From Heteronotia binoei (lineage: Eukaryota), in NCBI RefSeq assembly GCF_032191835.1, contig NC_083234.1:37448001-37512000 (forward strand): 64,000 nucleotides of DNA. Direction: 5' to 3'. Both the position numbers and the translations under genes were made by a program. This document shows positions 12,253-24,534 of this stretch, one piece after another. The notes under the pieces were generated by a model that did not search any database, was not told the DNA's origin, and worked only from the letters and a program-made list of their open reading frames with translations. Positions within the stretch are counted from its first letter, which is position 1, and each line of letters starts with the position of its first letter.

Positions 12253-13571
12253 ATAAGGAATATTTTTGAGTTGTCCAGAAGCCCAGGTTATTATCCTGCA
12301 AACAGTGGTTATTAATTGTGACTTTGGATGCAAGGAGGCTTGGAGAGTCAGAAAGGAGACCTAATTAGGGCAGAAAGGAGACTTAATTAGGGCATGCCAG
12401 AGTTCTCCAAGGAATCGGGCATCTTCCTCTTGCAATCATAGTTTGTTGTATGAAGCCAGATCATGATTCTCTAGTTTCATATTAAAGGTTGTCTGAGAAT
12501 CTAGAGGAGTTCCAACCTTTTTTTGTTTGTTTTTAAATCATAGTGGAGGTCTTTAAGGTAACACTTGTACTCTTATGAGAGCAGTTTGTTACCTTATTGC
12601 AGTTAAATCCAGGGATATGTTTTGGCACAGCTGATGTGCAGAAATAATGGTTTACCAAACTTTCCTGAGGCTGTCACAGAGCAGGTATAGCATTTGTTAA
12701 TTCGTACTGAATGGCAATAAAATGCAGAACCGTTTTGATTTTGTGTGAGTCACAGCTGCCTTTTTTTCTGTTGATGAGAGCCTCAGGAAAAAAAAAATAT
12801 CCACAATGAGATAGGAAGCTGGAAATGAAACTACATCTGCTGAAAATGTCAATTTTAAATTAAGGGAGAGATGAAATAGACAGACATGAGTCTTAACAAA
12901 AGATTCTCTACTACACTCAGAAAACTAAGGTACAGATTTTTATCAATACTATGTGTTTGTATAAAATGTATGCAATATCACATGACATAAAATAGCTACA
13001 AAACATGATATCAAAAAAATCTGCTCAATAAAGTGCTGTGAAATGAATTACTCATATATGACTTCAATCCTGGGCCCTGTTTAGATCTACAAACCATAGC
13101 TTTTTTTTTTTTGCACATAAATAATAAAGCGTGCTTGTCAATTCCAAGTGAATACAGATGAAATTGCCACTGTACTGCTCCCTCTGGATCAAATTTGAAT
13201 TTACAGATCACAGATAAGCTCCTATCCACAGTTGTCAGATGCTTTTTCAGCATGTTGATCTTTTCAACTGTATTAAGTTCCCAGTGTAAACTGAAATGAA
13301 TCTGGAACCCAAATCCAATGTGGCAGTTCAAGCAGCTGTCACTGGACTCCTGCTTGGAGGATCTCCTAGTTAATCTGTTTTTTGTTTTTCAGCTGGGCTA
13401 TAGACTATCCTGTTTTCCACTTGGTGTGCAGTCCCTTTTACTGATGCTTGCAACGTTCAAAGTGATGGAAGCTGAAATGTAACTTTCCCCACCTAGAAGT
13501 TCCCAATTAAAAATATCATTTTGTGCAGAGTTTGGCAGCACATTCTGTCCTGAGATTAGTTCCCCTAACTC

Positions 13572-13751
13572 ATGGGGAGAAATTGCAAAGAGAAAATTAA
13601 CCAGCTCACATTTGGAAATGGTACTGAACCAAAAGGTACCTTTGGAATTCTGACACAAGGTGATAGGCAGAATGACAAAATGGCTCCCACAGGAGACAGT
13701 GCCAATCACAAACTGGCTGCTACAGGTGGCAAAGCCAAACATGGAAAAAGT
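13572..13751 (+). CDS. Candidate first coding exon (exon 13393-13751): MGRNCKEKINQLTFGNG...MAPTGDSANHKLAATGGKAKHGKS; gene unidentified
   Basis: Strong acceptor ctgttttttgtttttcag ending 13392, consensus donor AGT|gtaagt at 13752, 60 open codons, second ATG in strong Kozak context (aaaATGG). No homology recognised. Confidence 0.3.
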
Positions 13752-13989
13752 GTAAGTACAGAAGAGAAAACAAATAATTTTTAAAAAAATACACTTCCCA
13801 ACCAGTTTGAGTTTGCAATGGGGGAGTTCAAACTTCTGGAATTGCAGGGTGAAAGCACTGACATCTGTAAAAACCAGACTTTCCCCAGTGTCTAAGAACT
13901 CCAATTTGAAGGCAGATCAGAATGTGATGCCAACAACTGGGGAAACTGGAGGAGGCAGATGTCACTATTTGTGCATTTTAAATCTGGAA

Positions 13990-14350
13990 TAGGGTTGCCA
14001 GGTCCAGCTCAGAAATATCTGAGGACTTTGGGGTAGAGCCAGGAGATTTTCCCATTCCCTAAAATAAAATACAGCAGTGCAGTTCCTCAGAATATAGTCT
14101 TCATTTCCTCATCCCCTGCAGCAGCTGCACTTCCACTAAATGAAAGTGAACACACACACACAAACTCACGTAGCAAAAATAAAGATTTTGCAAGCACACA
14201 CTTTTGTTATCTCGCTGGGGCAATTTACTCGCTGGATTTGCTGAATGTAACCATCTGATGTATTTCAACTAACTTCTTCAAACTACCAGGAAAACAAAAG
14301 GAGAGCAGCCTCCATCCCATAATCGGGTTCTAATTAATTCAATTTTACTA
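13990..14350 (+). mobile_element. Fragment of a longer TAGGGTTGCCAGG hAT element
   Basis: Aligns by eye with 28093-29050 (cattccctaaaa...cagcagtg...aaatgaaagtga...ctccatcccataat.gggttctaattaa). Confidence 0.7.
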
Positions 14351-14734
14351 AAAGTTCTCCAGGCTAGATGTTAAAACAACAAGAAAATAAATGTATAATA
14401 TGAGGTTTGAGGTGGGGTAAGCCTTGGAACATGGTATTCAACTCTTCTTCAAATTTGCCCAGGGTGTTGGAGGCAAAGCAGATTCATATGGTTCTAGTTT
14501 CAAGTTACAGTGTATGGACCAATCCCTGTATATCCTGTAGAAACTCATCATAACAAACAGAGAGAAAAAGGAAATTTACCAGTGCCCAAACAGAATTTTT
14601 CCCCACAGGTCACAGACTTGTGGTGACCCCATTGGATTTTCAAGGCAAGAGTAATTCAAAAGTGGTTTGCCATTTCCTGTCTCTGTGTAGTGACCCTGGA
14701 CTTCTTTAGTAGTCTCCTATCTAAGTACTAGGAG

Positions 14735-14933
14735 CAGGGCTTTTTTTTTAGCAGGAATGCACAGGAACACAGTTCCGGCTGGCTTGGTGTCAGGAGGTGT
14801 GACCTAATAGGCAAATGAGCTCCTGCTGGGCTTTTTCTACAAAAAGCCCAATGTGAAACAATGGTGATGTGAGGGAGTGTAGCCTAATATGCAAATGAGC
14901 CTCTGCTGGGCTTTTTCTACTAAAAAGGCCCTG
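14735..14933. mobile_element. hAT MITE, CAGGGCTTTTT family
   Basis: Perfect TSD ACTAGGAG at 14727-14734 and 14934-14941; ATGCAAAT at 14889. Confidence 0.88.
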
Positions 14934-14941
14934 ACTAGGAG

Positions 14942-15235
14942 CCCACTGGTGCATAGTGGTAAGCTGCAGTATTGCAGTCCAAACTCTGCTCATGACCTCA
15001 GTTTGATCCCTGCAGAAGCTGGGTTCAGGTAGCCAGCTCAAGGTTGACTCAGCCTTCCATTCTTCTGAGGTCAGTAAAATGAGTACCCAGCTTGCTGGGA
15101 GTAAAGTGTAGATGACTGGAGAAGGCAATGGCAAACCAGCCCATAAAAGTCTGCCAAGAAAACACCCTAATGCAACGTCACCCCATGGGTCGGTAACGAC
15201 CTGGTGCTTGCACAGGGGACTACTTTTACCTTTAT
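14942..15235 (-). mobile_element. Sauria SINE
   Basis: Reverse complement starts aaaggtaaaagtagtcccctgtgcaagcaccag, as in the four + strand copies. Confidence 0.85.
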
Positions 15236-16349
15236 ATTCAAATACTAACCAGGACTGACATTGTTTAGCAGTCAAGGTTTGATGAGAATGGGCTAGCCTG
15301 CTGTATTTCTGGTTAAAATGGACAGCAGAGTATTGTTGACATTCATTTTTCCATGATGCTCTCAATATTCATCCTTTTCTGGCATTGAAAAGAAGCAAAA
15401 AAAAAAAAAAAGCTGCATATCATAGATCCAAATGTAACAAGCCCCTCATGAGACTTGGTTTTAGTTTGTGAAGGAAGGTTCCACATTATGTTTAGTTAAA
15501 ATTCTAGACCATTCAGCCCTAATGCCTTGTTGAATGGTAGGGGGTAAATTCCTGTACAGCAGGCTCAGTTGCTGCTGAGGACAGTGGAGAAGGAATGCAA
15601 TTGTTTATGGTAAATTTGCCCTCTTAAATGAGGACACAGTGTTAATGAGAGCTTGTTTTGGAGGAGAGCTTCATTAGTCATCTGCTCGTCTTGTAAGAGC
15701 TCAAGGCTAAACTGGATTTGCCGGACGAGTATTAAGCATTCCATTATGCTTCGATGTTGTAAGGTGTTGAGGGGCATGTGGTGAAAAAAGGTATAATTAT
15801 TTCCAAATGTGTTACATGCCCACAGTGGGCTGCATCTGCTGGAGATGTCTCCTGAGCAAGTTCCATTGGAAATAAACAGGCGATGTACAATTGGGATGAT
15901 TCTGAATATCTCTTTGCTGTTGAAAAAAAATCTTTCAGTTTTGCTTTACATGTGTTCAATTGACCCATGACACTTTTTCTGCGCTGTTTTCTATTGCCTT
16001 ATGCTAAATTTTTCATGTAAAATGCATGCATTTGTCAGCATTACTCATGCATCAATAAATCAGCATTATATATGCATAATATTTAGCATACTTATAAAGA
16101 TAGCCACTCTATGGATAAGTACCATATAAATCCTGGATGAAAATTGTACCACAATGCACAGTCTCTACAAAATGAACAGCAACAAAAGCAGAAATCTGAA
16201 ACAGCTGACAGCAATAAACAAAAGTTAAAAGAAGTTAATAAAACATGCACTGACTGCTACCATACAAGATCAGGATATGGTCTGGTCTGCTTCTGATCTT
16301 CAAACTTGGATCCACCCTTCTGCTGCTGACCTTAGAAAGAATTAGATTG

Positions 16350-16465
16350 ATTTCTCACTAGCATTGCTCCACCCCCAGGCTTCTGTTTTCCCCCAGTGCA
16401 AGCAATCGATTTTTCACCAGTTGCTCCGCAGGCACATTTTGAGGCATGGCTCCCTCCAGTTCCCC
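16350..16465. repeat. Half copy of the palindromic MITE at 58534-58776
   Basis: tttctcactagcattgctccacccccaggcttctgttttcc...ctccagttcccc matches its left arm. Confidence 0.75.
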
Positions 16466-16499
16466 TTGTGGTTACTTACTCTTAAAAGATAGCATCACA

Positions 16500-16900
16500 A
16501 AGCCACAAGAGGAACTGCTGAAATGAATGCAAAACAAACAGAAGGACTGCGCTTGCTTCACTTCCTTTCTCATATGCTTTACATACTCATCAGGAAGAGC
16601 CACATGACTCTGCCCACTCGACCCACCCATGCAGCATTTCTCCCGCTGAGATTTAAAAGCATACACACAGTCCCAAACACAAGCAGTTTGCAAGCTTCTT
16701 TTAAGTCTGAGCACATTAAAAGGAACATTGTGGCTTTTGGGAATGGGGAGATTGGTGATTGGAGGGGGGGGAATACCTGTGTTGCTTTTTATTTAAAACA
16801 TGCATATTCTGCCTTTCAACCCTATAATTTATACCTGTACATTTTCACATTGAAATGTATAGGTATAGTTTGTTATAGGTATAAATTGTTTAAAAGTATT
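16500..16900 (+). mobile_element. Internal fragment of the long hAT element (matches 29070-29260)
   Basis: Shared aatgcaaaacaaaca...gaagagcca...ctgagatttaaa.gca..cacaca...cacaagcagtttgcaagc. Confidence 0.6.
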
Positions 16901-17594
16901 TTGCATTTCTTTTTGTGATTAAAAAAAATAAAATAAAATGCTGTTTAACTTTGCAAAACAAATTTATTAAGCCTTTTAAAGTTCTTTGCCATCCACACTG
17001 AAAGTTGTTTGTATTTATTTTGAAAGATTTTAAAGGGATGGAAGATGATCAGCTATCATTTTGGTTTGCTTGGGAAAACAAAACTTTAATTATTGAAGGT
17101 TAAAATGTATTTGTATACAGGCAAATACTGTTAGAAGCTTTTGATAATAAGCTGATCAAAGATATCTAAAGGAAAACTTCAGGGGATCTTTGCATTTTTA
17201 TACTCATCGCGGCAATACTTGCTACTTTGTTAACAAGATACTCATTATGAGCATTCTTGGCTCCTTGTTAATTGCTCCTTTTGAATTGCAGATGCTGGTT
17301 TAGATTAGCTTTTAAAACATTTCCTAGATACAAAAGCCACTGGGGGGGGCAGGGGGCTTTCAAAATTACAGAATTGCTCTAATAATATTTGTTTTGATAT
17401 TTTTTAAAAACTACATCTGGCTTCCTTTTAATCAATGTCTCTGTGCTTTAACATTGAGAGAAGATGATGAACTCCATTTGATCACCAGCTTTTATATGAG
17501 AACAGTGAAAGGTTCACAACCTTGAAATGCATGGCATCCTATCTGCTATAGGCACTCCTTGATACCACCTGTGTACCTTGTCAAATTGATCCAT

Positions 17595-17732
17595 NNNNNN
17601 NNNNNNNNNNNNNNNNNNNNNNNNNNNNNNNNNNNNNNNNNNNNNNNNNNNNNNNNNNNNNNNNNNNNNNNNNNNNNNNNNNNNNNNNNNNNNNNNNNNN
17701 NNNNNNNNNNNNNNNNNNNNNNNNNNNNNNNN
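17595..17732. other. Assembly gap
   Basis: Run of N. Confidence 1.
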
Positions 17733-18004
17733 TAGGTGGAATTAACCCTCTGCTCTGCACTGTTTTCTGAGCTGGAGTAGCCCCATAGAACTGATATTTA
17801 ATTTGCCTTGTTGGTTCTGATAAGGATTAGAATGGTTGGTTGCCCCAAATGGGGCAAATATCAGCAACATAAAAACATTTCAGGACTGGCATAACCCAGT
17901 CGAAACTGGACCCCTATTCCCTATATATCCCTTCAAGAATAAGTAGTTTCATAAAAGTCATGTAAACTCGGGCACTTTTTTGTCATATATAATATAGTGA
18001 GTGC

Positions 18005-18207
18005 TAGGGTTGCCATCCTCTAGGCGAGGACTAGCGTTTTGGAATTACAGTTGATGTCCTGACAGCAGAGATGGGTTCCCCTGGATGAGATGGCAGTGTC
18101 GGAAGGCCAGCTTTATGGCATCACAATCCTGCTGAGTGCCCTCCTTTTCCCAAACTCCACCCTCCCCAAATATCCAAAGATTTCCCAAGCCAGAGTTGGC
18201 AGCCTTA
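18005..18207 (-). mobile_element. Short TAGGGTTGCCA-family hAT MITE
   Basis: Ends TAGGGTTGCCA...TTGGCAGCCTTA with the family core in reverse. Confidence 0.75.
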
Positions 18208-18324
18208 ACATAGATGTTCTGAATAACTTCTTATGAATGAAAAAAGTGTGAAAGGCTAGTTTTTAAAAGAAATAAAATGCTTGGAAGCTGATTCACAGAA
18301 ATTCTTGTGTTGTTTGACACTTAG

Positions 18325-18386
18325 AGCCTTCGCCCTACCCAGACATGTGCAAAATGCAAACTTCTGTCTTCTCCATTGGCCACATG
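18325..18386 (+). other. Candidate 62-nt exon
   Basis: Acceptor ttcttgtgttgtttgacacttag, donor ATG|gtaagt; all three frames open; unverified. Confidence 0.25.
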
Positions 18387-19199
18387 GTAAGTTTTTTATG
18401 TTTGTTTCCAGCTTTCCATCCTCTCTATGTGTTCTAGTAGGGACATTCCCAATTTCCCTGTCCTGGTTAATCACTGTTCTTGTTTTGTCCATATTGGTGC
18501 CATTGGGAATGTCTTGGCACAATTTTATTACTGAGTAGATAGAGTTGCTGTTATTTAGGATCTAACTCCCTCTTAAGGGTTTCTGGAAGTAAAATTAAAC
18601 CTTGTACTCTCCCACAGCATCGTGTCTCTAATGTGCAGACATGTAAACACACAAGGATGAATGCACTTTGAAGAAAACAGCCTCCATTTCCAAATGTGGC
18701 ACAGGCTTATTTTAAACAAATATCAGCAAATTATAGGCCAATTATGTTTTTTAAGATACCATTAACCCAAAGAACAAACACCTTGGCTTTTTAAAAAATA
18801 ATACTAAAAGACTGGGTATTGTAGGATAAATGAATACAGCATAGAGAGAAACTTCTTGGAAGTTTATTGGGAGTAACACGGGGACTAATTGTTGGTGTGA
18901 AAATAAGAGTATTTTAAACAGGCCCCAATTTCCTGTAAAATATCTGGGTGTTCTTCTCAGCTAGGAGGTGGTTTTGAAATTGTCATCCCTGCTGTTTTAA
19001 CCAGAATATCCTCATGCTAATTTCACTTCTTTGTGTGCATCACACCTCATACTGCTGGTTTCCAGTAAAATCTACCAATTTTCCAAAATTCTGTATTAAT
19101 AAATTAGCATTATGCAAGCACGGGAGCTTCGGGGACTTGTACAGGAAGAAAGTTCCCATTCCTCCCCTATTGCTTTCCCTAAATGCGTTAGATTAGACT

Positions 19200-19376
19200 C
19201 AGGGCTTTTTTGTAGTAGGAATTATTTTGCATATTAGGCCACACACCCTGATGTAGCCAAGCTCCAAAACCTTGCAGGGCTCTTAGTACAGGGCCTACCG
19301 TAAACTCCAGGAGGATTGGCTACATCACGGGGTGTGGCCTAATATACAAAGGAGTTCCTGCTACAAAAAAGCCCTG
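19200..19376. mobile_element. hAT MITE, CAGGGCTTTTT family
   Basis: TIRs CAGGGCTTTTT/AAAAAGCCCTG and internal palindrome; TSD not clear. Confidence 0.82.
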
Positions 19377-20830
19377 CTTTTATTGCAGCACTAAGTCGGT
19401 ACAACCCTAAATGTCTAGCTTCCCCTTTGCCCTCATAACTGGTTCGTTCTGTCTTCCCTTCAGCTATTCCATACTCTCCACTCATTGCACAGTTGTTTAT
19501 GTTGCAGGCTACCTTTTAGATATTTTAATCCTATTTTTGTAAGCTTTTTAGACTTTTCTTCAAACTCAGCAATTACCCCCGAGTTATGAAAACAAGTTAG
19601 TCCTGTATGGCACCCCCTTGCAGATTTTTTTTCTACATATCAGTATTAGATAACTATAAATGTAATTGTATTCTACAGTCCCCCATATAATTATATGGTT
19701 CTTACTTCATATGGGGAAGAGGCACATTGTAGGAGTGTCTCTGTTACTAGGTAATGTATAGAAAGTAGCATTCCTTCCCCCTCTCCCCCTCGGATACTTT
19801 GTGATGAACATCAACAGGAGTTTGGGGAGGGGGGGACTTAAGTAGGGTGTGATGCCACTGAATTCACCTTCCAAAGTGGCCATTTTCTCCAGGTGAACGG
19901 ACGTCTGATACCTGGGATCAGTTATAATCCCAAGAGATCTCCAGCCCCACCTGGAGATTGGCAGCCCTAAAGCAGTCCCTATTCTACACTTTTGTTGAAT
20001 GATTCTCAGTATAGCCTTTATGAGTAGTCAAAGAGGATGCCTCCTTCCTTTCTCATCAGGAAAAAAAAGCTGGCTGGATCCAAAGTAAGAACCAAGGAAG
20101 GTCTGAGATTGATCATATATGTTGGTTTTACTTTTTTTTAAAGCATAGATACTTAATTATATTTATCCCCTGCAACCTAGCAAATATCCAAATTGTTCCC
20201 TCAAAGGGGCTCTGGCCCTTAGCAGGGGATGGCAGGATGTATTAATAGCACCAGGGAAGAGTTGAAAATGTCATCTGCTATCTTGCCAAGAGGTCACTAA
20301 AATGCAGAGAGAGAACTGCTGACACAGCAGCCCTTAAATATGTGGTGGGGGGAGGATAATGGAAGTATTCCCAGGAACACTTCTTCCTAATAAATGAATG
20401 GCTTTAAAATGTTTAATTAAAAGGTTATATGTTGTTTTTTTTATTGCTTTGGGATATTTTGTTGTCATTGGGTCAGTTGTACAGCACAGAATGTACACTT
20501 TGAGAGCTAAAATTAGGCCATCTTTCCGTTCCAAAGGCATTAAATACCGTATGCACATTAAGTGAAATCAAGAGGAGGAGGCCTACTAAATAATTCTTAT
20601 TAGCCATTTGCAAAGAGCTTGACCAAGCACTCCTATACAGGTTTACTCCAGTCTAATCCCAGTTTCTTTACACTAGCCGAACTTTGCATAGGAGTGCACT
20701 GTCACAACCATGAGGTTATGGCTGGTATGATTGGCATAGAGAAGTTGTTTGATCAAGGACAAGCCAGGCAGCAGAGTGGCTGAGTGGACCACACAAAGTG
20801 TGTTATCACAGCAGACCTATTTTGTTGTTT

Positions 20831-21121
20831 AAAATACATCTTGGCTGGATCCAGGCTGGGATTTTGAGCCAGTAGACAGATGGGATGTGGGCAGACCAAA
20901 AAAGTGCAACCAAATGCCCATGTCTGCCTCCTCTCCCGCTTCTGCCCCTGGGCTGTCCCACTCATGCTGCAAAAAGCTACCACTTCAGAAGTGGTATGGC
21001 CCTTGAACGGGACAGGAATGGGACAGGAGGAGGACATGAGCATTTAGTCACACTTTTTTGGTCCATCTGTGTCCCGTCCATCTACCAGCTCAAAATGCTG
21101 GTCTGGACCCTTATGTATTTT
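20831..21121. mobile_element. Degenerate palindromic MITE
   Basis: Arms attttgagccagtaga...gaccaaaaaagtg..ccaaatgcccatgtc / gacatgagcatttagtcacacttttttggtcc...tctaccagctcaaaat. Confidence 0.75.
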
Positions 21122-21458
21122 GTAAAATAAAATAATAATTAAAAAACTGATTGTTACCTTAGCGGCCTAGATTGGGTTGGAGTGGCAACATAAGCAAATT
21201 TTGCTCATAAATAAACATTTTCAGAATTCTAACCTCCTGAATTCTCCCTGGAGTTTGGAGATCCATGTCATCTTGTCTGATTTCTAACCTGGCATTGATG
21301 CATCAAGAAACCTCAATTGTTCTTCATAAGAACACACACACATACAGACACCCCTCCAAATCTGTACAGAGCAATGTATGTGTGCAGGCTGGTGCTGCTT
21401 TTTGTTTCTTTACATCATTCAATAGCAATTGGTACAATGTACAGCAGCTTTTTTATAG

Positions 21459-21491
21459 ATCAGCAAAACAGATGATGCCATTGCACATATG
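21459..21491 (+). other. Candidate 33-nt frame-preserving exon (ISKTDDAIAHM in phase 0)
   Basis: Acceptor cagcttttttatag, donor ATG|gtaatg; unverified. Confidence 0.2.
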
Positions 21492-22570
21492 GTAATGTCT
21501 TCTTTTTGTGGTGTGTTTTTATTGAATGTAATAGCAATTGTGCTGGAACAGATTCACAGTCCCATGTAGCCCACCATCCTGTTTTACATGTTGGCTCACT
21601 TGATGCTCCTGAAGATCTATAAGCATGGCAGAAAACCTCAACCTTTGCCATTCTTTTACCCTCCCTATCAGTAGACTTCAGAGGGTTTTTGCCTCTGAAC
21701 ATGAAGGTTCCATTTAATCATAGTTGTTAATAGCCATTAATTTGTGCTTCAGTAACTCAAGGAGAGAAGTAAACATAAATCTAGTGACACACTGAAATAT
21801 ACTCCAGCCACAATTTTCTTGACTCAGAGAGCATCAGATGGAAAATCTGCATGTTCCAATTCTGGAACAAAACATTTGCACAGATCAGCAGAGGAACAGA
21901 AGTGTTTGTGAGAGGGGGGATGAATGTGGGAAATGCCCTCAGCAGTAACTGGAGTTGAAAGATGGACTCCTCCTCCTCTTCTTCTTCTGCCATAAACCAA
22001 GACTGAAAGATCAATATACTAACCTAGTACATACTGACACACAAATATAGCTTGACTACATTCTTGTTTGGTTTGACACCAGACTGCCAAACAGGTTCAC
22101 GCTGAGTTTTTTGCTAAGCTGCATACATATGAAAATGCTGCCCATCCAAACAGATTGACTGCCATTAATATCATACACTGAATTGTAAGATTTTTGTGGG
22201 ACTGTAGGATTTTTTTTAAACAGCATTTATTTATGAATGACTGATTTATACAATTTGTGGCTGATTTTAACAACTGCCTGCCGAGTGGAGCAGAGGTACA
22301 GTAATGGGGGGGGGGGGATTCATAGGCTGTGTGAGAATTTGCATGCTTGGAAAGCTGTTTGTTCTGTGCTATGAAGAAGGAACAGTAGAAGCAGCCTGCG
22401 AATAGCCACAGACAGGTTGATGAACAGATACTGAACATTCGGCTCACTGTTCACAGGTGGTAATCAGTACCTTAGCCAAACCAGTAGATGCTGGAGCATC
22501 CTTTAAATACTACAGTTATGATCCAGGCAGGAATATCACTCGATATTGTAGCCACATATGCTGCCCTGTC

Positions 22571-22781
22571 ATGGTTGCCAAATTTGGGTTAGGGAATTCC
22601 TGGAATCTGAGGGTGGACCCTGGAGAAGGCAGGGTTTGGGAAGGAGAGGGAACTCAGTGGGATATGTCATACAGTCCACCCTTCAAAGCAGCCTTTTTCT
22701 TAATGAAAATTGACCTCTGAAATCAGGAGAGCAGTTGTAATTCCAGGAGATACCCAAGCCCTAGCTAGAGGTTGGCAACTG
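22571..22781 (+). mobile_element. Short TAGGGTTGCCA-family hAT MITE
   Basis: Family core ggttgcca...ttggaatctgagggtgga...ccttcaaagcagcc...gttggcaac. Confidence 0.75.
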
Positions 22782-24061
22782 CTCTGAGTTCTTGGGAGGA
22801 AAGGTGGATGAAAATGTACTACTTGTTGCTGCACATTCTTTCTTATTTCTCAAATGTAAGCAAAATCTTCTGAAAGAACAGCCCTCCCCTGTCACTGTGG
22901 CACCAAATAATTTAAGAAAATAATGCCCACTGTAAATATGGTGATTCATGCAGAAAATTAATTGCTGTTCCGATGATTTGTGAAGTCTTCTAGCATAATC
23001 AGGATGCATTCAGCAGAGCGATCACACTCTTCCCAAGTTAGATCACTGAGGGAAATCTTAAATTTACTCTTCATTACAGTTAAATGTTGGAATTTCCCTG
23101 AAATAACCCCCATGGTCCATCTGGTGTGCAGTAAATCAAGCTGATAATATGGCTTCCCTCCCCAAACTCTAATTATTGCTCAGCTATCCATGAGAAAGAG
23201 TACACAAATAGCCCTTCCCCAAAGAAAAGGTCTATCGTAACTGTCAAGGGTATATCAGGAACTTATTTTCCTGAAAGATAATCAGAAATAAAAAACACAC
23301 ACACACACAAAAAGAAAACCCTGTTGTTAATTTAATCTGCCTTGATTACTGATTGGCATTTGAAGAATGCTGCTGAAAAGTATGGCACATTTGTGGTTCC
23401 TTGTCCCCTCATCAGTCATTTTAATTTATACCCTCATATATTTCCATTGCTTTCTGAAGGTGACTCACTGATTTCTGCACTCAACTCTGAAATGGAAGTA
23501 CACAGGGGAGGCCCATGACTATTTTGCAAGTATCAAACTTTAGACTGGGATAAAGTTTTCTTCCCCCTTAATCACTGAACTGCCTTTTAAGAAAAAGTGA
23601 ATAAATCATTACAGGATATTAATTGCAGTCTTTGCTTATGTTGCCTCTTTGTTACAAAGAGGTTGTGATGATAGTCCTTCCCCACCTCCCTTTGATCAGG
23701 TATTTCAAAGTGCTGTTCCAACTCAATTGTGCTGTGAATCATAATTAAGCTGGGAATTACCTCCATGTGCACTGAAAGAAGCTGTAGGATTCCGGTTGAT
23801 TTCTATGGGCCTTTGAGCCAAACCACACGTTTGTTTAAAACAGCAATAACATTGGCAGCTGTGAAGTTTGGGGGGTTGTTTTAGCATAAGGAAACAGGGT
23901 GGTAGAACATTTAACCTTTCACATCTGACAGTTCTTTCTAGTTCCACACCAAGTGCCAATTCACACATTACAACATTCATGTGCCAGACACATGGCCATC
24001 AAAAGAACATTGAATCAGACATGCACCAGGAATTCCATGCTGGGAACACAATTACCAGGCA

Positions 24062-24261
24062 CAGGACTTTTTTTTTGTAGAAAACACCCAGCAGGAACTA
24101 ATTTGCATATTAGGTCACACCCCCTGATGTCACCATTGTTTCATGTAGGATTTTTGGTAGAAAAAGCCGAGCAGGGATTAATTTCCATATTAGGCCACAC
24201 CCCTTGATGCCAAGCCAGCCAGAACTGGGTTCCTGTGCATTCCTGCTCAAAAAAAGCCCTG
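24062..24261. mobile_element. hAT MITE, CAGGGCTTTTT family, inserted in an older inverted-repeat element (about 24010-24530)
   Basis: TSD acc(a/g)ggca; ATTTGCAT at 24101; host arms ctgggaacacaattaccaggcac / gtgtaccagggagttgagttcccag. Confidence 0.82.
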
Positions 24262-24534
24262 ACCGGGCATATGTTTGAATTTCCCTCTCCCCATAAAAAT
24301 GATTTCTGACTTGAAGTGGTCCTGGGGAATTTGACCTTTGGGGAAAATATGTGTGTTGTTTTTCTCACAACAGGGCAAACAGTGGCTTCTGTAGCCATTT
24401 CATGTTGGGAAGCTAGTGTGTGCGGGAAGGCTTAAGCCTCCTCTTCTCCATCTATCACAGTTCCTCCCATTCCACATTAGGTCGCTGTGTACCAGGGAGT
24501 TGAGTTCCCAGGACATAACTCCTAGACAATGTCA

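Larger units (their letters stand above)
14625..15300 (-). mobile_element. 5S-rRNA-headed SINE interrupted by a Sauria SINE and a hAT MITE
   Basis: Tail ttttcaaggcaag...gtggtttgccatt at 14636-14670; 5S-like parts gtctcctatctaagtacta and tactaaccagg...tgtttagc flank the inserts. Confidence 0.7.

Noticed and set aside
13398-13904. 168-aa - strand ORF
   Set aside because: Non-ATG start, antisense to the better-supported + exon candidate, no domain.
15565-15968. Overlapping open frames on the - strand (up to about 125 codons)
   Set aside because: No recognisable product; this length is expected a few times by chance in 64 kb by six frames.
16480-16517. Minus-strand 38-nt segment with strong acceptor and gtaagt donor
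   Set aside because: The acceptor lies in repeat-derived sequence also present near 29070; no supporting exons.
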